This document shows positions 25,839-39,471 of a stretch of DNA of 64,000 bases, in pieces. The stretch lies in assembly GCA_951406725.2 (NCBI GenBank), contig OX597815.1:185008001-185072000 (forward strand), read 5' to 3'. Each line of letters starts with the position of its first letter. Position 1 is the first letter of the stretch. Source of the stretch: Octopus vulgaris. Its lineage: Eukaryota. The notes under the pieces were generated by a model, which was not told the DNA's origin, ran no database searches, and saw only the letters and a list, made by a program, of their open reading frames with translations. The position numbers and the translations under genes are program-made.

Positions 25839-26869
25839 TTAGATATTACATATGCTTGATTAAACATCTTTGAAACCTTGTATTACTAAAAGTTCTTTTG
25901 AAAATATAGCGAATTCTCTGCTGTACAATTCAAACGAATCTGTTTCAAGAACTATAAGACTATTCATACTTCACTACCAATACAGTTTATTCCCAATAGA
26001 GTACTTTCTCTCTAAGTGAAATAAAATCAAAATCCAATTAATATTCAATCAGTTTTGTAGAGTAAATTGTTTTGGAATCTGTATTACAGTTATGTTCAAA
26101 TCGTTGACCTGTTAATAAATATCGTCAAGCTTGTCACATAATTATTGGTTTCATTTTGAATTGACACAAAATGTCTATATTTTCGGGGAATAAATAAATG
26201 GAAATTATAACATTTACCTCTTTCTCAGAACCATTAACGATATAAATGAAGTTAAATTGCTCGAAATAAGAATTGAAATATCGTTGTGATGTCTGTTTAT
26301 TGAGAAATTTCCTTCGATTTACAACCATCCTCTGTCTCTACTGTCGAGATATACTAATAATTATACATCTCTGAGACATTGTTTTATCATTATGTATTTC
26401 AAAACTAATAAGAGCCCGGACTGCTTATTCACAAAGCTATTATGACTATTAGTTTTCTCATCTTCCTTTGTCCTTAAATTACTAACACCACTAAGAATGT
26501 ACGTTCGAGATTCCCAGATGTTCTTTGAGGAATACTGAAAGTAGCGATACAAATACGAGTGGATTAATTTGAGGCCAACATTTCTTGAAAATCGATTCCG
26601 TGACGTTAGAAGGCAAAATTGATGTCGGCGGCTTTTCAACTCATAGCATAAAGCACGGAATTACAAAGCGCAGGAAATTTTGCCTAAAGAAGGCGATTCC
26701 GCCCTAAACGTTCATCACTGAAATGTAACTCTGATCTCTGCCAATTTATTGGTAATAACTATTGCTGAATGAACCAACGTCAGCATATAGCTTGCTCATA
26801 ATGTATGTGGCAATAACTATGTGCTTGAAGTGAATATGCGACGTCACTGGGTTTACAATTTGGCGACGG

Positions 26870-27017
26870 TATGTGTTTAATTGTAAGAATGGTAAGAAAT
26901 TTGCTACTCCAAAACATTTCTCTGGCTTCAGTACCACTGCTTGGCAGCTTTCGTAAGTGACCTCTACTGCAGTCTCGGGCTGAGTGTATTTGGTAGATGG
27001 AAACCGAAAGAAACCCG

Positions 27018-27020
<3 letters not shown>
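26870..27020 (-). mobile_element. Decayed SINE family B 5' half
   Basis: TTTGGTAGATGGAAACCGAAAGAAACCCGTC runs into (TA)n as in other family B copies. That segment reads on the plus strand as at 12840, so orientation is probably plus and the strand call is weak. Confidence 0.45.
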
Positions 27021-27072
<52 letters not shown>

Positions 27073-27188
27073 AAGGAATTGTGTTTTCCTTTGTTTTATT
27101 ATATATAAATATAAAAGGTATTGGTATCTAGAAGACTCAAAGGGTTACAGCTTATGTGGGCCTTGTATTAGCCTGCATATATACATAT

Positions 27189-29060
27189 GCCATTGATTGA
27201 TGAAAACGGCATTCCCCAACACGATGCTAAAGAAATGGCAGAAATACTGCAGAAACAATATTGCTCTGTCTTCAGTGTTCCCACTGATATTGATGTGAGG
27301 AAACGAACGAAGCTGACTCCCAACACAAAATCGCAGACATAACCTTCACTGCCACCGACATCGTAGCAGCAATAAATGAGGTCAAACATTACTCCGCTGT
27401 AGGCCCTGATAGATTTCCCGCCAGTCTCCTGAAGGAATGTAGATATCTACTTGCAGTCCCTCTGACCAACCTCTGGAGAAACTCGTTAGACGCAGGTTAT
27501 ATACCGAAAAAGTTTCTATCCCAGTCGGTCATCCCGGTTTTCAAACAGGGAAACAGATCCCTCGCAGTCAACTATCGCCCAATCTCACTCACCTCCCACA
27601 TCATTAAAGTGTTTGAAAGAGTGTTAAGATCAAGGATAGCTGACTTCCTGGAGACCCACAAACTCCTAAATTCAAATCAACATGGCTTTCGCTGTGGCAG
27701 GGACTGTCTAACACAGCTCTTACACCACATTGAAGATGTACTCAAAGCCTTGGGAACAGGTTCGAACTCTGACGTCATATACCTTGACTTCAGTAAAGCG
27801 TTCGACAGGGTAGACCATAACATCCTACTCTCAAAATTGGCAAATGTTGGAATCCGTGGAAAAGTTCTACACTGGATTCAGTATTTCCTAGCGAATAGAA
27901 CACAACATGTTGTAGTTGATGGAGTCCACTCAAACCCAGCAAAAGTCACCAGCGGTGTTCCCCAGGGAACTGTTTTGGGTCCGCTACTCTTCATAATGTA
28001 TGTAAACGACCTTTCCAGTGTCGTACATCACTGCAAAGTGAAAATATTCGCTGATGACACTAAGCTCCAGCAAATCGTCAATGAAGAAGCAGACCGAACT
28101 CAACTCCAGTCTGACCTATATGCTGTGAGTCAATGGGCAGACAGAAACAAAATGCAACTGAATGAGGGAAAATTTGAGCTGATGCATTTTGGAAGAAATT
28201 CCTCACTAAAACAACCATACTCTCTTCCTTCAGGGGAACCGCTCACAGCCTCTAACAATATCAGAGACCTGGGTGTAATTGTTGATGACGATCTCAGCTG
28301 GAGTGCACACATCAACAAGAAGGTCGATACAGCTCGTAGGATGAGTTCCTGGATCTTAAGAACTTTCCGGTCCAGAGAACAAGGTGTCATCATACCACTT
28401 TTTCATCCTTTGTACGGCCACACCTTGAATACTGCTGCCCACTGTGGTCTCCTCACACAAGACAAAACATCTCCAGAATTGAGTCACCCCAGAGGGCTCT
28501 TACTAAACAAATTGAAGGCATGGCTGCTCTCGACTATTGGGATCGCCTTAAAGCCTTGAAACTTTACTCCCTCCAGCGTCGCCGTGAGCGGTACATCATT
28601 TGTACGATGTGGAAAATATACCGCCAACTTTGCCCAAACGACCTAAACATTAGCTTCAAGGTTCATCCGAGACTTGGACCACGGGCTATACGTCCCCTGC
28701 CAAATTCAAGATCACAACATACATGTACACTGCAACATAATTTCTTTTCCTCAACAGGCCCTGCCCTATTTAACATTGTCCCGAGGGAGATCAAAGAGGA
28801 AAAGGATCCCATCAACTTCAAACAGAGTCTGGATAGATTCCTTCAAAGAATACCAGACAAGCCACCCATAATTGGATACAACTCACCCAACAAGAACTCA
28901 CTACTTGAACAAAACTGGATACAACTCACCCAACAAAAACTCACTACTTGAACAAAACTTGACTTAAACAGGATTCGAATAATCCTATCAGGTGGTGCTA
29001 TTAAGTTAGACATGGCCTGGACCAATCACTGGTCGAAACATATCTAAGTTTTTATCTAAG

Positions 29061-29064
<4 letters not shown>
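27189..29064 (+). mobile_element. 5'-truncated CR1-group LINE (RT ORF2 with frameshifts)
   Basis: NYRPISLTS, QHGFR, YLDFSKAFDRVDH, GVPQGTVLGPLLFIMYVNDL, FADDTKL, LYSLQRRRERY. About 42-bp tandem duplication at 28878-28959; tail (TATCTAAGTTTT)2 then (TA)n. Confidence 0.92.
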
Positions 29065-29130
<66 letters not shown>

Positions 29131-29136
29131 TGTATT

Positions 29137-29388
29137 AGACAAAAATAGAAATCAAAGCCAAGGCTTTGAAGAGTTTTCAGGACATTTATAAGAAAAGAGA
29201 TATAAACTTACAGCTGTTTCTGGGTCCTTATTTCCTTATTTCAAACTCAAACATTTACCTCTCCCACATCGCCTCTGATGAAGGGATATGCATAATATCC
29301 CAGAAACAGCTGTATGACTATATGTATTTCCTTATAAATGTTCTGAAAACTCCTCAGAGCCTTGGCTTTGTTATCTGCATTTTGTCTT
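29137..29388 (+). mobile_element. Fold-back module in microsatellite with hammerhead motif
   Basis: About 29138-29224 is a diverged reverse complement of about 29299-29387. Confidence 0.75.
29271..29318 (+). ncRNA. Minimal hammerhead ribozyme candidate, canonical core
   Basis: CTGATGA-a-GGGATAT-GCATA-ATATCCC-a-GAAA-CAGCTG-TA: 7-bp stem II, palindromic stem III; stem I weak. Confidence 0.7.
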
Positions 29389-29406
29389 ATATATATATAT
29401 ATATAT

Positions 29407-29618
29407 AACGGGAAAGTTTACGAAAATAAACAAAAGACGAAGGCCGGTGGAGCACAAACAAACAAATGTATTAGTATAGCGCTCAGGAATAGAAATAGAA
29501 AAAGTCTTTTGCGTTTCGAGCCTACGCTCTTCGACAGAAAGATACACAGAAAAGAAACAAGGAGAGAAAAAATGCGTGTAGGAACTAACGATCTATCATG
29601 GCGTCCTGACCTCGGACA
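29407..29618 (-). mobile_element. Short module with CUGUCGA-type hammerhead-like motif (family also at 58305-58610)
   Basis: Minus strand TCTTT-CTGTCGA-A-GAGC-GTAG-GCTC-GAAA-CG-CA-AAAGA at 29542-29504. Between TA tracts. Confidence 0.65.
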
Positions 29619-30374
29619 TATATATATATATATATGTATGTATGTATGTATATAGAAACACATACAAATGTTTGTGTCTGTGTGTGTGTTTGTCCCCCAC
29701 TGCTTGATAACTGGTGCTGGTGCGTCTATATGCCTGCAACTGGCAGTTCCCCAAAAGATAACGGTAAAAGCTGATTCGATGAAAATGGTGATGTTCTGCG
29801 TCTGTAAATCACAATGCGTATATTTCGAACATTTAAGCGTATTCCGCGAAGAAGAATTCTAATGTTTCGTTTAGAACCGTTCGTAGGGGGACAGATGACA
29901 TGTCATCTGGTTTTGAAGGAAAACTGAATTGGAAATATTGCAAGAATGGAAATTTATAGCAGCGAATAAGGGGTGAGTAAGGGGGATGGGGAAATAAAAT
30001 GAAATCGTTAAGGCAACAATAACACAGCGAAGACAAGATATAAGGATTGCCTTGGTACATATAAATGATACAGAAAAATAATAGAGTTGCACACACACAC
30101 GCACATACACACACACATATACGTATGTTGTGTGTGTGGGTGTGTGTGCACCTATGCGTATTAGTATAAAAATTAAAAAGCCTACGAGTTATTTAGAGAC
30201 TGCCACATCTATGTATAGCAATTGTCGAACAATGCTGGACGACGCACTTGTAATTCCTTCGTAAATTCCGAAATATTTACAGCTTCAAGAAAATAAGAAC
30301 ATACTGTTGCACCCATCACACGCCGAGGCCTCGTTTCTTCCTATCTGTAAACCTAAGTAAGCCAAAACTTATCT

Positions 30375-30705
30375 ATGTATGTCTTTCTTCGGTTTATTTC
30401 AAGATTTCTTGCCAATGGAGAAAGAACTGGTTTCTAATGTAGAAATTCATTGGAATTTCAACATGAGCAATAAGGTATTTTTGTTTGTATGTATGTATGT
30501 GTGTATATGTATATATGTATGCGCAGATTTGTATGTTTTATCTATGTATTCTCATGCATATAGTTTCATATCTAGACATGCTCATATATATTTGAATGAT
30601 GAACTTCTGGAAAGTTTTACACATTTTTACAGTTCCAGTGATGGATTGGATCTGTAGTCTTCGAATCAGGATTCCCCGTTCTGGTTTTCAGATGCCTAAT
30701 TTCTC
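30375..30705. repeat. Dispersed repeat, inverted relative to 53690-54030
   Basis: Shared TTCATTGGAATTTCAACAT and GCAGATTTGTA.GTTTT..ATGTATTCTCATGCATATAG..TATCTAG.CATGCTC. Both copies adjoin (TATG)n. Confidence 0.75.
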
Positions 30706-31549
30706 AGTATGTATTTATGTATGTATGTATGTATGTATGTATGTATGTATGTATGTATGTATATATGTATGTATATATGTATGTATGTATGTATGTATGC
30801 ATGCATGTATGTATGTATGTATGTATGTATGTATGTATGCATGCATGCATGCATGTGTGTATGTATGTATGTATGTATGTATGTATGTATGTATGTATGT
30901 ATGTATGTATGTATGTATGTATGTATGAAGGTAGGTAAATAGGTAGGTAGGTAGGTAGGTAGGTATAAGAAATACAAGTCCATATCATTTGTTCAATACA
31001 TACGTTTCACTGTTGCGGATTTTTGCGATGTACCAGGAGAAATTGGATGTTTCGCCGGGACAGTTCATCAAAGGAACACTTTATTACTCTTTCAAAATTT
31101 TCTCCCACATTCAGCTAGTAATACTACTAAATTCTAACTGTAGTCACTATTCATTGTTAGCCAGAATCTCGATGTATATTGGATGTTTTCCTGGATGAAT
31201 GATAGCCAGTATCTTAAGTTACTTAATAAATACAAACTTCAAATTAAATACACGTACACACACAAGTATATGCGTGCGTGTGCACGTCCGCGTGTGTTTG
31301 TGTGCGCGTGTTTGTGTCTACGTGTATATTTATTTGAAAGGTGACAGTTATAAATTTTGCTGTATTAATCTCTTGATGGGAAATTCGAATAAAAGTCAGT
31401 TTCGTATGTTGTTTACAAGAGTAGCGATCAAATGTTTGGCTTTTAACAAGTTAGACGTTGGAGTTTAGTGAGGTTCAGAGTTTTGGTAGAGTTGATGGCT
31501 TTCAGCTGATTCTTATGTTTATCATTTGTTGTAAGTGGTTTTGGAGCAA

Positions 31550-33850
31550 ATATATTTCAGTTTCAGATATATGTTCCTACACATCAGGCAATGTGATGCT
31601 GCATATACAAAATATGATGGAATGTCTTTGATCATAGGCTTAATCGGTCAGGGCTTACCAAGGATTAAAAATCGACTGTGTAAAGTGCTATATTGCGCTG
31701 CAACAAAAATAGTCAATGGTTTCTAATATTGGTTAAGGTATATAAATGTATAATAAAACGCATGTGTCACAGCAGTCATATAACTATATAAGTAACATAT
31801 TCAAAGGTATATCATTCTAGTTTGGCAAGAAGTAGAACAAATACGATCTCATTTAATATTGGAAATGCCAACCAGTATATGAAATCATTAAATATGAAAA
31901 TTGTTGATATCTTGAATCATCTAAAACTTGATGGAAACTTTTAGAATTTTCCATTCAGCAAAAAATTCCTTCCCTGTAATGTTTTCAGATTCCCATTTCT
32001 GAAAAGGATTGAAGACAGATTTATTCAAAAATTCGAAGAAAAATTCTTTTAGAAACTGCATCAAATAAAACCACAGGTTATTTTGATAAAAACAATGGCG
32101 ATCCAGAAGCCAGAAATGTTTTTGTTTTCAACTTCCCTGAATAATACATGTGGCAATTATTGGATAAGATTTGGCGAAGCAGAACGAAAGAAATACCTGA
32201 GATCCTCAACAGAATGCACTCAGTCAATCTGTCACAAAAATAACTTTATATTTGAGATTATTTCTTCCTCACATAACGGAGCTACAAGTTTTGATAATAT
32301 TCTAATCTGCAAAAGTTTGTAATGTTTGCCAAATAATGTATTTTTATGGAAATGTCTGAAAATGGCAAATACAGATGAATGCAACAACATTGACAACAAG
32401 ACAGCTCAGAAAGTTTTCTGTTGCAATTTCTCATTTCTTGTCTTCGTGTAAACCTTTAAATTGATATATCTTTTACGAGAATCTTATTGAAACTTCTTTT
32501 ATACATATTTTACCGCGTAGTAGTGAAACAATAGCCTATGAAAATGCAATCGATGTCTTTATTAGTGACAAGCTGTACACATTTTATATTGGTTTGCTAG
32601 CAACAGACCATGGTCAACAAGATACGCCTGTTAATTCTGTATCTGATACGAAATCGCTTAGACTAATGATTTAGGCATGCACAATAATAAACAGAAGATT
32701 TTGTTTTTGTGAATTAAATTTAAAGAGACAAAAAATTATTAGCCTTGTATTTATTTATGCTACAAAACAAAGTCAAAACTTACCTCCTGAACTTGCAAAT
32801 TGTTTTGTGTTCTCAATTCTCGATGATTTGTGCTTGCTACATCTTCATGTATTCTTACTACATTTCTGACTCTCAGAACGACTGCCCTTTCTCGCTTCAG
32901 TTTACTCATTGTAATAAAATCTCTAACAACCCCTCAAAAGGTCACTTTCTATCCGATGTTTAATTATTGATGTCGGACGAAACCTCACAGTGCCATCAGC
33001 ATCTCGAAGATATGCGTAGCATATTTTGAGATTTAATGAACAATGATCAAATCATTGAGGGAAATTAATAGTCATCAGCTGAGCTTTGCGGCAAATTCTT
33101 CTAGTAGTCAGCGATTTTCGGTAATCGATGCATACATGAAAATGTCTTCCATTTGGAGTCTATGCGATATTTTGCTAATCAAAAAGTATGTTGTGTTCGA
33201 ACAAAATTAGTTTTGCTGTATTTAATCGGCTAAATCCACCATGCATACTGCTTGCTGGAATGACTGTTCCATTTATTGTTAATACTGACATACATTTGCT
33301 ACACAGCAGAACAATTGCGCTCGTCTTAACTGTGAGTTCTAGAAAAAATAAAAGTGACTCAAATTCTTTGTCCCAGTTTAGTAACACACTATGAAAAGAA
33401 ATAGTGCATATCTCGAAGAGCGATTATAAAAGAAAGAAAAAAACAAGGAAATTGAGCAACTAAAAACGAAACTGGATAAGATTTCATAAATAGATACGAT
33501 TAAATTGCACTCGATGGCAGAAACAAAATTTTGCATTTCACTAAATATAAGTGGTTTGCCTCCTCAAATCGAACCCAAGATAGGAGTTCCTCTGATGCTT
33601 CTTTGAATCAACTTACACCACAGAAATGGCCATTGCAATGGTACGCAATACAAGCCCTTAGTGCTTCTAATAATTTACTGACCGTCAGCAAACTTTTGTT
33701 TAACTTTTGACGCTGATGCACCATTCGCTCTAAAATTATTGCAGCTTCCTATACGGGATATTTTGCTATGTCCTTAAGGAAAAAAGATTAGAGAGATGTA
33801 GATTGTATGATAGACTGCAGATCAAAGAACTTTCAACTACAGAGCTGCAA
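31550..33850 (+). mobile_element. Heavily decayed Helitron RepHel remnant
   Basis: PIF1-like helicase motifs in order: GKLIVIS*..RQILLVV (33060-33110), GLPPQIEPKIGVPLMLL..NL..RNGHCNGT (33553-33645), PFALKLLQLPIR..FAM (33721-33770). Possible HUH remnant VHILYW at 32575. Left boundary uncertain. Confidence 0.65.
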
Positions 33851-35168
33851 AGATACAATGATAAATACAGAACCTTGACTCGGAACGTTATTTGTGGAGA
33901 AGTAATCTAAGTAAATGCAAAGATTGTATAATGAATAGAAATATAAATGACGCCATATTTAAAATAAACGCATTTAATTGAATACTTTTAAGAGATTATT
34001 TATTAAGCCTTGACATTGGCGTAGCTTCGTTTCTAATTGTTTTATAGAAGCTTTGTATTTCATAGACCATTTTAAATGGACGAAAAATTGAAATTTGGAA
34101 TTTTGTGTTCTTGTCGACTACAAAAAGACGAGTCTCAAACAAGCGTTAATGGAATGGAGCATAGCCTCGTCTTTTATCAACGAAGGAAATTAATATTAAA
34201 TATGAAGTCACACAATTTGATTGCAGCAAATGAATAATTATGATTATAGGGGGAGGTGATTACCATTATTTACAATATATTTGTATTCAAATCTGCAATT
34301 CAGAATAATTTTACGAGGAAGGCAACATCCCTTAAATTGACATATATTCGAGATAAAGTGCAGCTAATTAATTGAAGTATATCCTCATTTCTGATAACCA
34401 CCTGCTACATTATACGAGTTGTTATAATTGAATGCATAGTTTAAAGTACACGGTAGAATATCTTTTCGTATTACTGCTATTATGAGAAAGCTGGCTCTCT
34501 ATTATTACTGAATAAAGCCAAACGCCGAAATATATTCCCAGTAATTAAAGTATTGCGATGTTCATGAATTGACAAATAAATTTTCTTCTGGCAGCTAATA
34601 AAAGAGGGGAGTATAAGTCATATACACTTACATGACAAACATTTCATATAATCTAATGTCAAACAATATTTAGCAATAAATAGCAAAAACATGTGACACG
34701 TAGGAAAGAAATTTTGTGGTAAAGTTCTTTCAATTTCGTTGGACAACTTTTTTACTCGCAGTGCCAAGTTTTGTCAATCTTAAACATATAAATCTTCAGA
34801 GATAAGCTGGCAGAAACGTTAGCACGCCGGTGGAAATGCCTTGGATGTTTTCCTGGGTGAATGATAGCCAAAGTCGACTTACTTGAAACAAAAATCACGT
34901 CGCCATCGCTGGAGTTGGTTATAATTTCTATTGTTGTGTTTTTGAATACAAAACGCCAGTTCTGTTATCGGGTATAAATCACCATATCAGTTCACCCTAC
35001 AACGCTCCTAATAAGTATGTTGTTTCCTACACATTTCTCTAATCATGATTCAATCATCAAAGCTGATAAAAATAATGATTTTTGCATTACACTTTCTATA
35101 TTTCATTTTCCAACAAACACTTATAATTCTCGATAATTCTAATATAATTCGCATATCGACCTCGGCGG

Positions 35169-35320
35169 TTCTGTGTTCAAATTCCGCTGATGTCGACTTT
35201 GCCTTTTATCCTTTTGGGGTCGATAAATTAAGTACCGGTTGCATACTGGAGTCGATCTAATCGACTGGCCTCTTCCCCCAAAATCTCAGGCCTTGTGCCT
35301 AGAGCAGAAAGGAATATTCA
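35169..35320 (+). mobile_element. SINE family A (alternative tail); its head is stranded at 34803-34840
   Basis: GTTCAAATTCCGC..GTCGACTTTGCC core; tail GGCCTTGTGCC as at 40493-40652. Confidence 0.75.
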
Positions 35321-35536
35321 CTTATTTTAGGTATCAATGCAATGTAGAATGATTCAATTACGAAAATGACGAAATCTAAGGATATAAATTCACATTGTAG
35401 TATTATCCCAGATCAGCTCTGACTGAACATTTAAAATGAAACCAGATTTAACTGTTGTTAGCTGCTCATGTTTCACGCACTGTATACAGAGACCACGAAT
35501 TCTGTTCTATCTTCTATTTTATCACACACCATTTCT

Positions 35537-35768
35537 TATTTCTTTATTGCCCACAAGGGGCTAAACATAAAGAGGACAAACAAGGACAGACAAACGGATT
35601 AAGTCGATTAGATCGACCCCAGTGCATAACTGGTACTTAATTTAGCGACCTCGAAAGGATGAACGGCAAAGTCGACCTCGGTGGAATTTGAACTCACAAC
35701 GTAACGACAGACGAAATAATGCTAAGCATTTCGCCCGGGGTGCTAACGTTTCTGCTAGCTCGACACCT
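35537..35768 (-). mobile_element. SINE family A, full length
   Basis: TSD TATCACACACCATTTCT near 35520 and 35769. Confidence 0.9.
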
Positions 35769-37759
35769 TATCACACACCATTTCTAGCAGACGAAAGGAT
35801 CGCATAGAGGTTTCCTCTTCAGAGTTTTAGGTCATAAATTTATATGAAAATTTCTGGTGTCACTTCTTCGTGTTCAAGTTTGTGTGTGAAAATCGGTAAA
35901 TAAATGTTCTCGGGCCACGTCAATATAAATGAAAATCCGACGATAGAAAGCTAGCATCTCGCATTCTTACTTTGTCGGCAGCCATTCCAAATGGAACCGG
36001 CGTGCAATACGCTAGATTGAAGAGCAGAGAGTCCTCCTTCTTATCTGAAAATCTGTGAAGGTATCTTTATTATTTGCTCCAGTCATAGCACTCGATAAAA
36101 TATATATTTTCGTAAGTTTCCTTTTAGTTGTTCAAATGTGTTCACCAAACTAATGAAATGATAATCCCCACACGCCAATAATAAACCCCAGGGTAGTTGC
36201 TCGAATTGCTAGAAGTAACAATCAAATCTCACTCAACATAAACTTTACCATCATGTAAAAAGAGGACACATTGGGTTATATAATCCAAGATAAACTTTGT
36301 TCGATTACGCGCAACTGTATGCAGAGTTTTATGCCAAGCACTACAAACGATAATCATTCCGTTCCATTGTCAAATGTCGAATGACCGAAACTAGGACACA
36401 GAGTATCGAATGACCGAAACTAGGACATGGAGTATCTCTTCTGATGGTCAAATACATTCGCTAAAATGTCCTTTGATGGGTGGAGCATTTTTAATTAACC
36501 CTAGAAAAATGACTGGCAAAGTAGACCTTGGTTGGATTTGAAATTACGCCGCAGAAATTCAAAATAAGTTCTGTGCGGATTTCTAATTAACGCACTCAGA
36601 AAACTGCCGAATCACCAGTTTTATTTTTATTTTAATGATGTTCAGTTTAAATAGGAAATTATTTTACATTTCTGGGCAAATCTGTTTATCAGACCATAAG
36701 CAATTAGCTGTACGATATTAGTTGTACTTATAACGTCATATTTTATCTAGTTTCGTGCATATCTTTATGAAAGCCAAGTGAATGATTAGGGAAATTTTGA
36801 AGATATGTGAATTATATTAGAATTATCGAGAATTATAAGTGTTTGTTGGAAAATGAAATATAGAAAGTGTAATATAAAAATCATTATTTTTATCAGCTTT
36901 GATGTTTGAATCATGATTAGAGAAATATGTAGGAAACAACATAATTATTAGGAGCGTTGTAGGGTGAACTGATATGGTGATTTATACCCGATGACAGAAC
37001 TGGCATTTTGTATTCAAAAACACAACAATAGAATTTGTAACCAACTCCAGCGATGGCGACGTGATTTTTGTTTCAAGTAAGCTAGGTGCCAAATTCCAAT
37101 AATTCTAAATGCAGAAATAAAATTGCCACAAAATCAGTTCAAATGAATCTCATGCCAGTTTTATTTGTTAATCAGACTTGGTGACTCCAAAAATATCAAC
37201 AACGGTAATATTCTTTCTGACAAATATACGTAAGGTGCTACAGCCGCTGGGGTTATTAATTATAGCTAATACAAACTTAATTTGAAATAGAAAAGTTTCG
37301 AGGCAGTATATTCATGATCTCAACAATACAAAGATTTTTCCGTCGCCATGAATGGTTTTTAATATTCGATGTGACGCTGAATCAATTTTCTAGAAGTGTT
37401 ATTGTAGTCGCACTGAACGAATTTTTCTTTATTACAGTAGAGGCACAAATAACATAATTGTCAATAATATAGAGAAATAGTGTGGTATCTTGGTCGCTTG
37501 AGCAACACTTTCAGTATAATTAACAATTAAGAAGATTAAAACGCGTCTAATTGCATTTCGTAAATGTTAACAGTGGTGGATGAGCTTCCTTAATTGAACT
37601 GAAAAAGAAAAAAACTTTGAAAAGATACATAAACAAAAAGATGATCATCACACTCACATCCGTACACCCACATACATACAAATAGACGCACATCCAGACA
37701 CACACACACGTCACGCACACATACACACACGCACTTGCGCTGGCTTATAATTATTTTAT

Positions 37760-37996
37760 TCTTTTCTTTTTTTTCAGTCATTTGACTGTGGCCATGCTGG
37801 AGCACCGCCTTTAGTCTAACAAATCGATACCAGGACATATTCTTCGTTAAGCTTAGTACTTATTCTATTGGTCTCTTTCGCCGAACGGCTAGTTGACGAG
37901 GATGTAAACACACCAGCATCAGTTGTCAAGCAATGGTGGGGGATAAACACAGACACAGAAACATACACTCACAAACACACACACACATACACACAA

Positions 37997-38062
<66 letters not shown>

Positions 38063-38229
38063 TACGGACTTCTTTCAGTTTCCGTCTACCAAATCCACTC
38101 ACAAGGCCATGGTCGGCCCGAGACTATAGTAGATAACACTTGCCCAAGGTGCCACGCAGTGGGACTGAACTCGGAACCATGTGGTTGGTAAGCAAACTAC
38201 CTGCTACACAGCCAGCCATTCCTACGTCT
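37760..38229 (-). mobile_element. SINE family B, full length with internal CA/TA tract
   Basis: Reverse complement of 12731-13190 plus the head. Confidence 0.88.
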
Positions 38230-38869
38230 ACCACGACCCCTCAAACAATAATATTATTGAAAATGACTTCGAAGTCTCGGCCAGTTACGCAATCGTCGGA
38301 TTAGTCTGACGACATAGTAACTGTATAGGAATAATGAATTTGTACTCTACAAACCTATAGAGTAACTAATGAGATAAATGTGATATTGTTTTTACAGTTG
38401 AACACAACACTTTCCTTTACTCTCTTTCGTTGCTCACACGAGACCATCGTCCATCTTTCTGTTTCTCACGTGATCATCTTTCTTTTCTTTCAGGACTGGA
38501 TGTATCCTGTCTATCTCTCTCTTCTATCTTTTATCTTGTCAAAGAAAATATTTCTCCACCGTTCACTATTTTACCCTCGTTCTGGTCTAACGAATCTCCA
38601 TGTTTGTTTTCGTTCGGTTTCCTTGTATGCCTCCACTGTCCTGATTTTGACTCTCCATAAATCCCAAGTATTATTTTGGGATTTGTGGGAGCAACTGTTT
38701 TCGAAGACTCAGATTGTTGTTCAGTGCTCGAAATGAGAAGATAGACAGCCGACAACCGATGAAGGGTTGTTATTTGTTACTTGTCCTGTTCTCTATTTCT
38801 CTCATTGTTGGCGTATTCAACTCATTTGTCAGGGTATTTCATGTTGTTTACTTTGACGTCCTGTACATA

Positions 38870-38900
<31 letters not shown>

Positions 38901-38965
38901 TATACATGTATGTATATATATATATGTGCATATCATCTATGTATGCATGTATGTATGTATGTATC

Positions 38966-39000
<35 letters not shown>

Positions 39001-39471
39001 ACGTACCTGTTTGTCTATTTGTCGATTTAATCTATGATGCATATATGTGCGTGTAAGTGTGTGTGCATGCATACGTGCGCGCGCACGTGTGTGTGTGTGT
39101 GTATAATGTATTAAGATTAGCCGAATACTCGTGGTAAAACGCAGTTGCTTAGTCTCCAGCACACGTCTTGAATATCGACTCTAGTATAGAAAATACAGAC
39201 GACTCGAAAATTGATCAACAAAATCTATTAATCAATGCATCAAATACTTTTCGTTCCTGTCGAGATTAAACAGGAAATTCCGATAAGATGACAGATGCTA
39301 TTTAACTCCATTCTGAAAGTAATAAACATTGCTAATAATGCAGTATTCAAATCTGTAAATAAAGACGATGGAAGAGACAGTCGATTATTACAGCTGTTTC
39401 AAAATCACATCGTGCCCAACTTATATAACATTACGCATGTCTTGGAGGCGGCCGGTTTCATTGAAAAAATT

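Larger units (their letters stand above)
34878..37081. repeat. 280-bp inverted duplication (34878-35157 vs 36802-37081)
   Basis: The arms align end to end with few substitutions; spacer about 1.64 kb. Confidence 0.92.

Noticed and set aside
28878-28959. Direct repeats that could suggest a CRISPR-like array (also 36377-36435 and 55876-55975)
   Set aside because: Two adjacent copies without unique spacers, in eukaryotic repeat context; simple tandem duplications.
38390-38870. CT-rich module with GAAGA..GTGCTCGAAA, a possible further hammerhead family
   Set aside because: Core and stems too decayed to assign; not counted.
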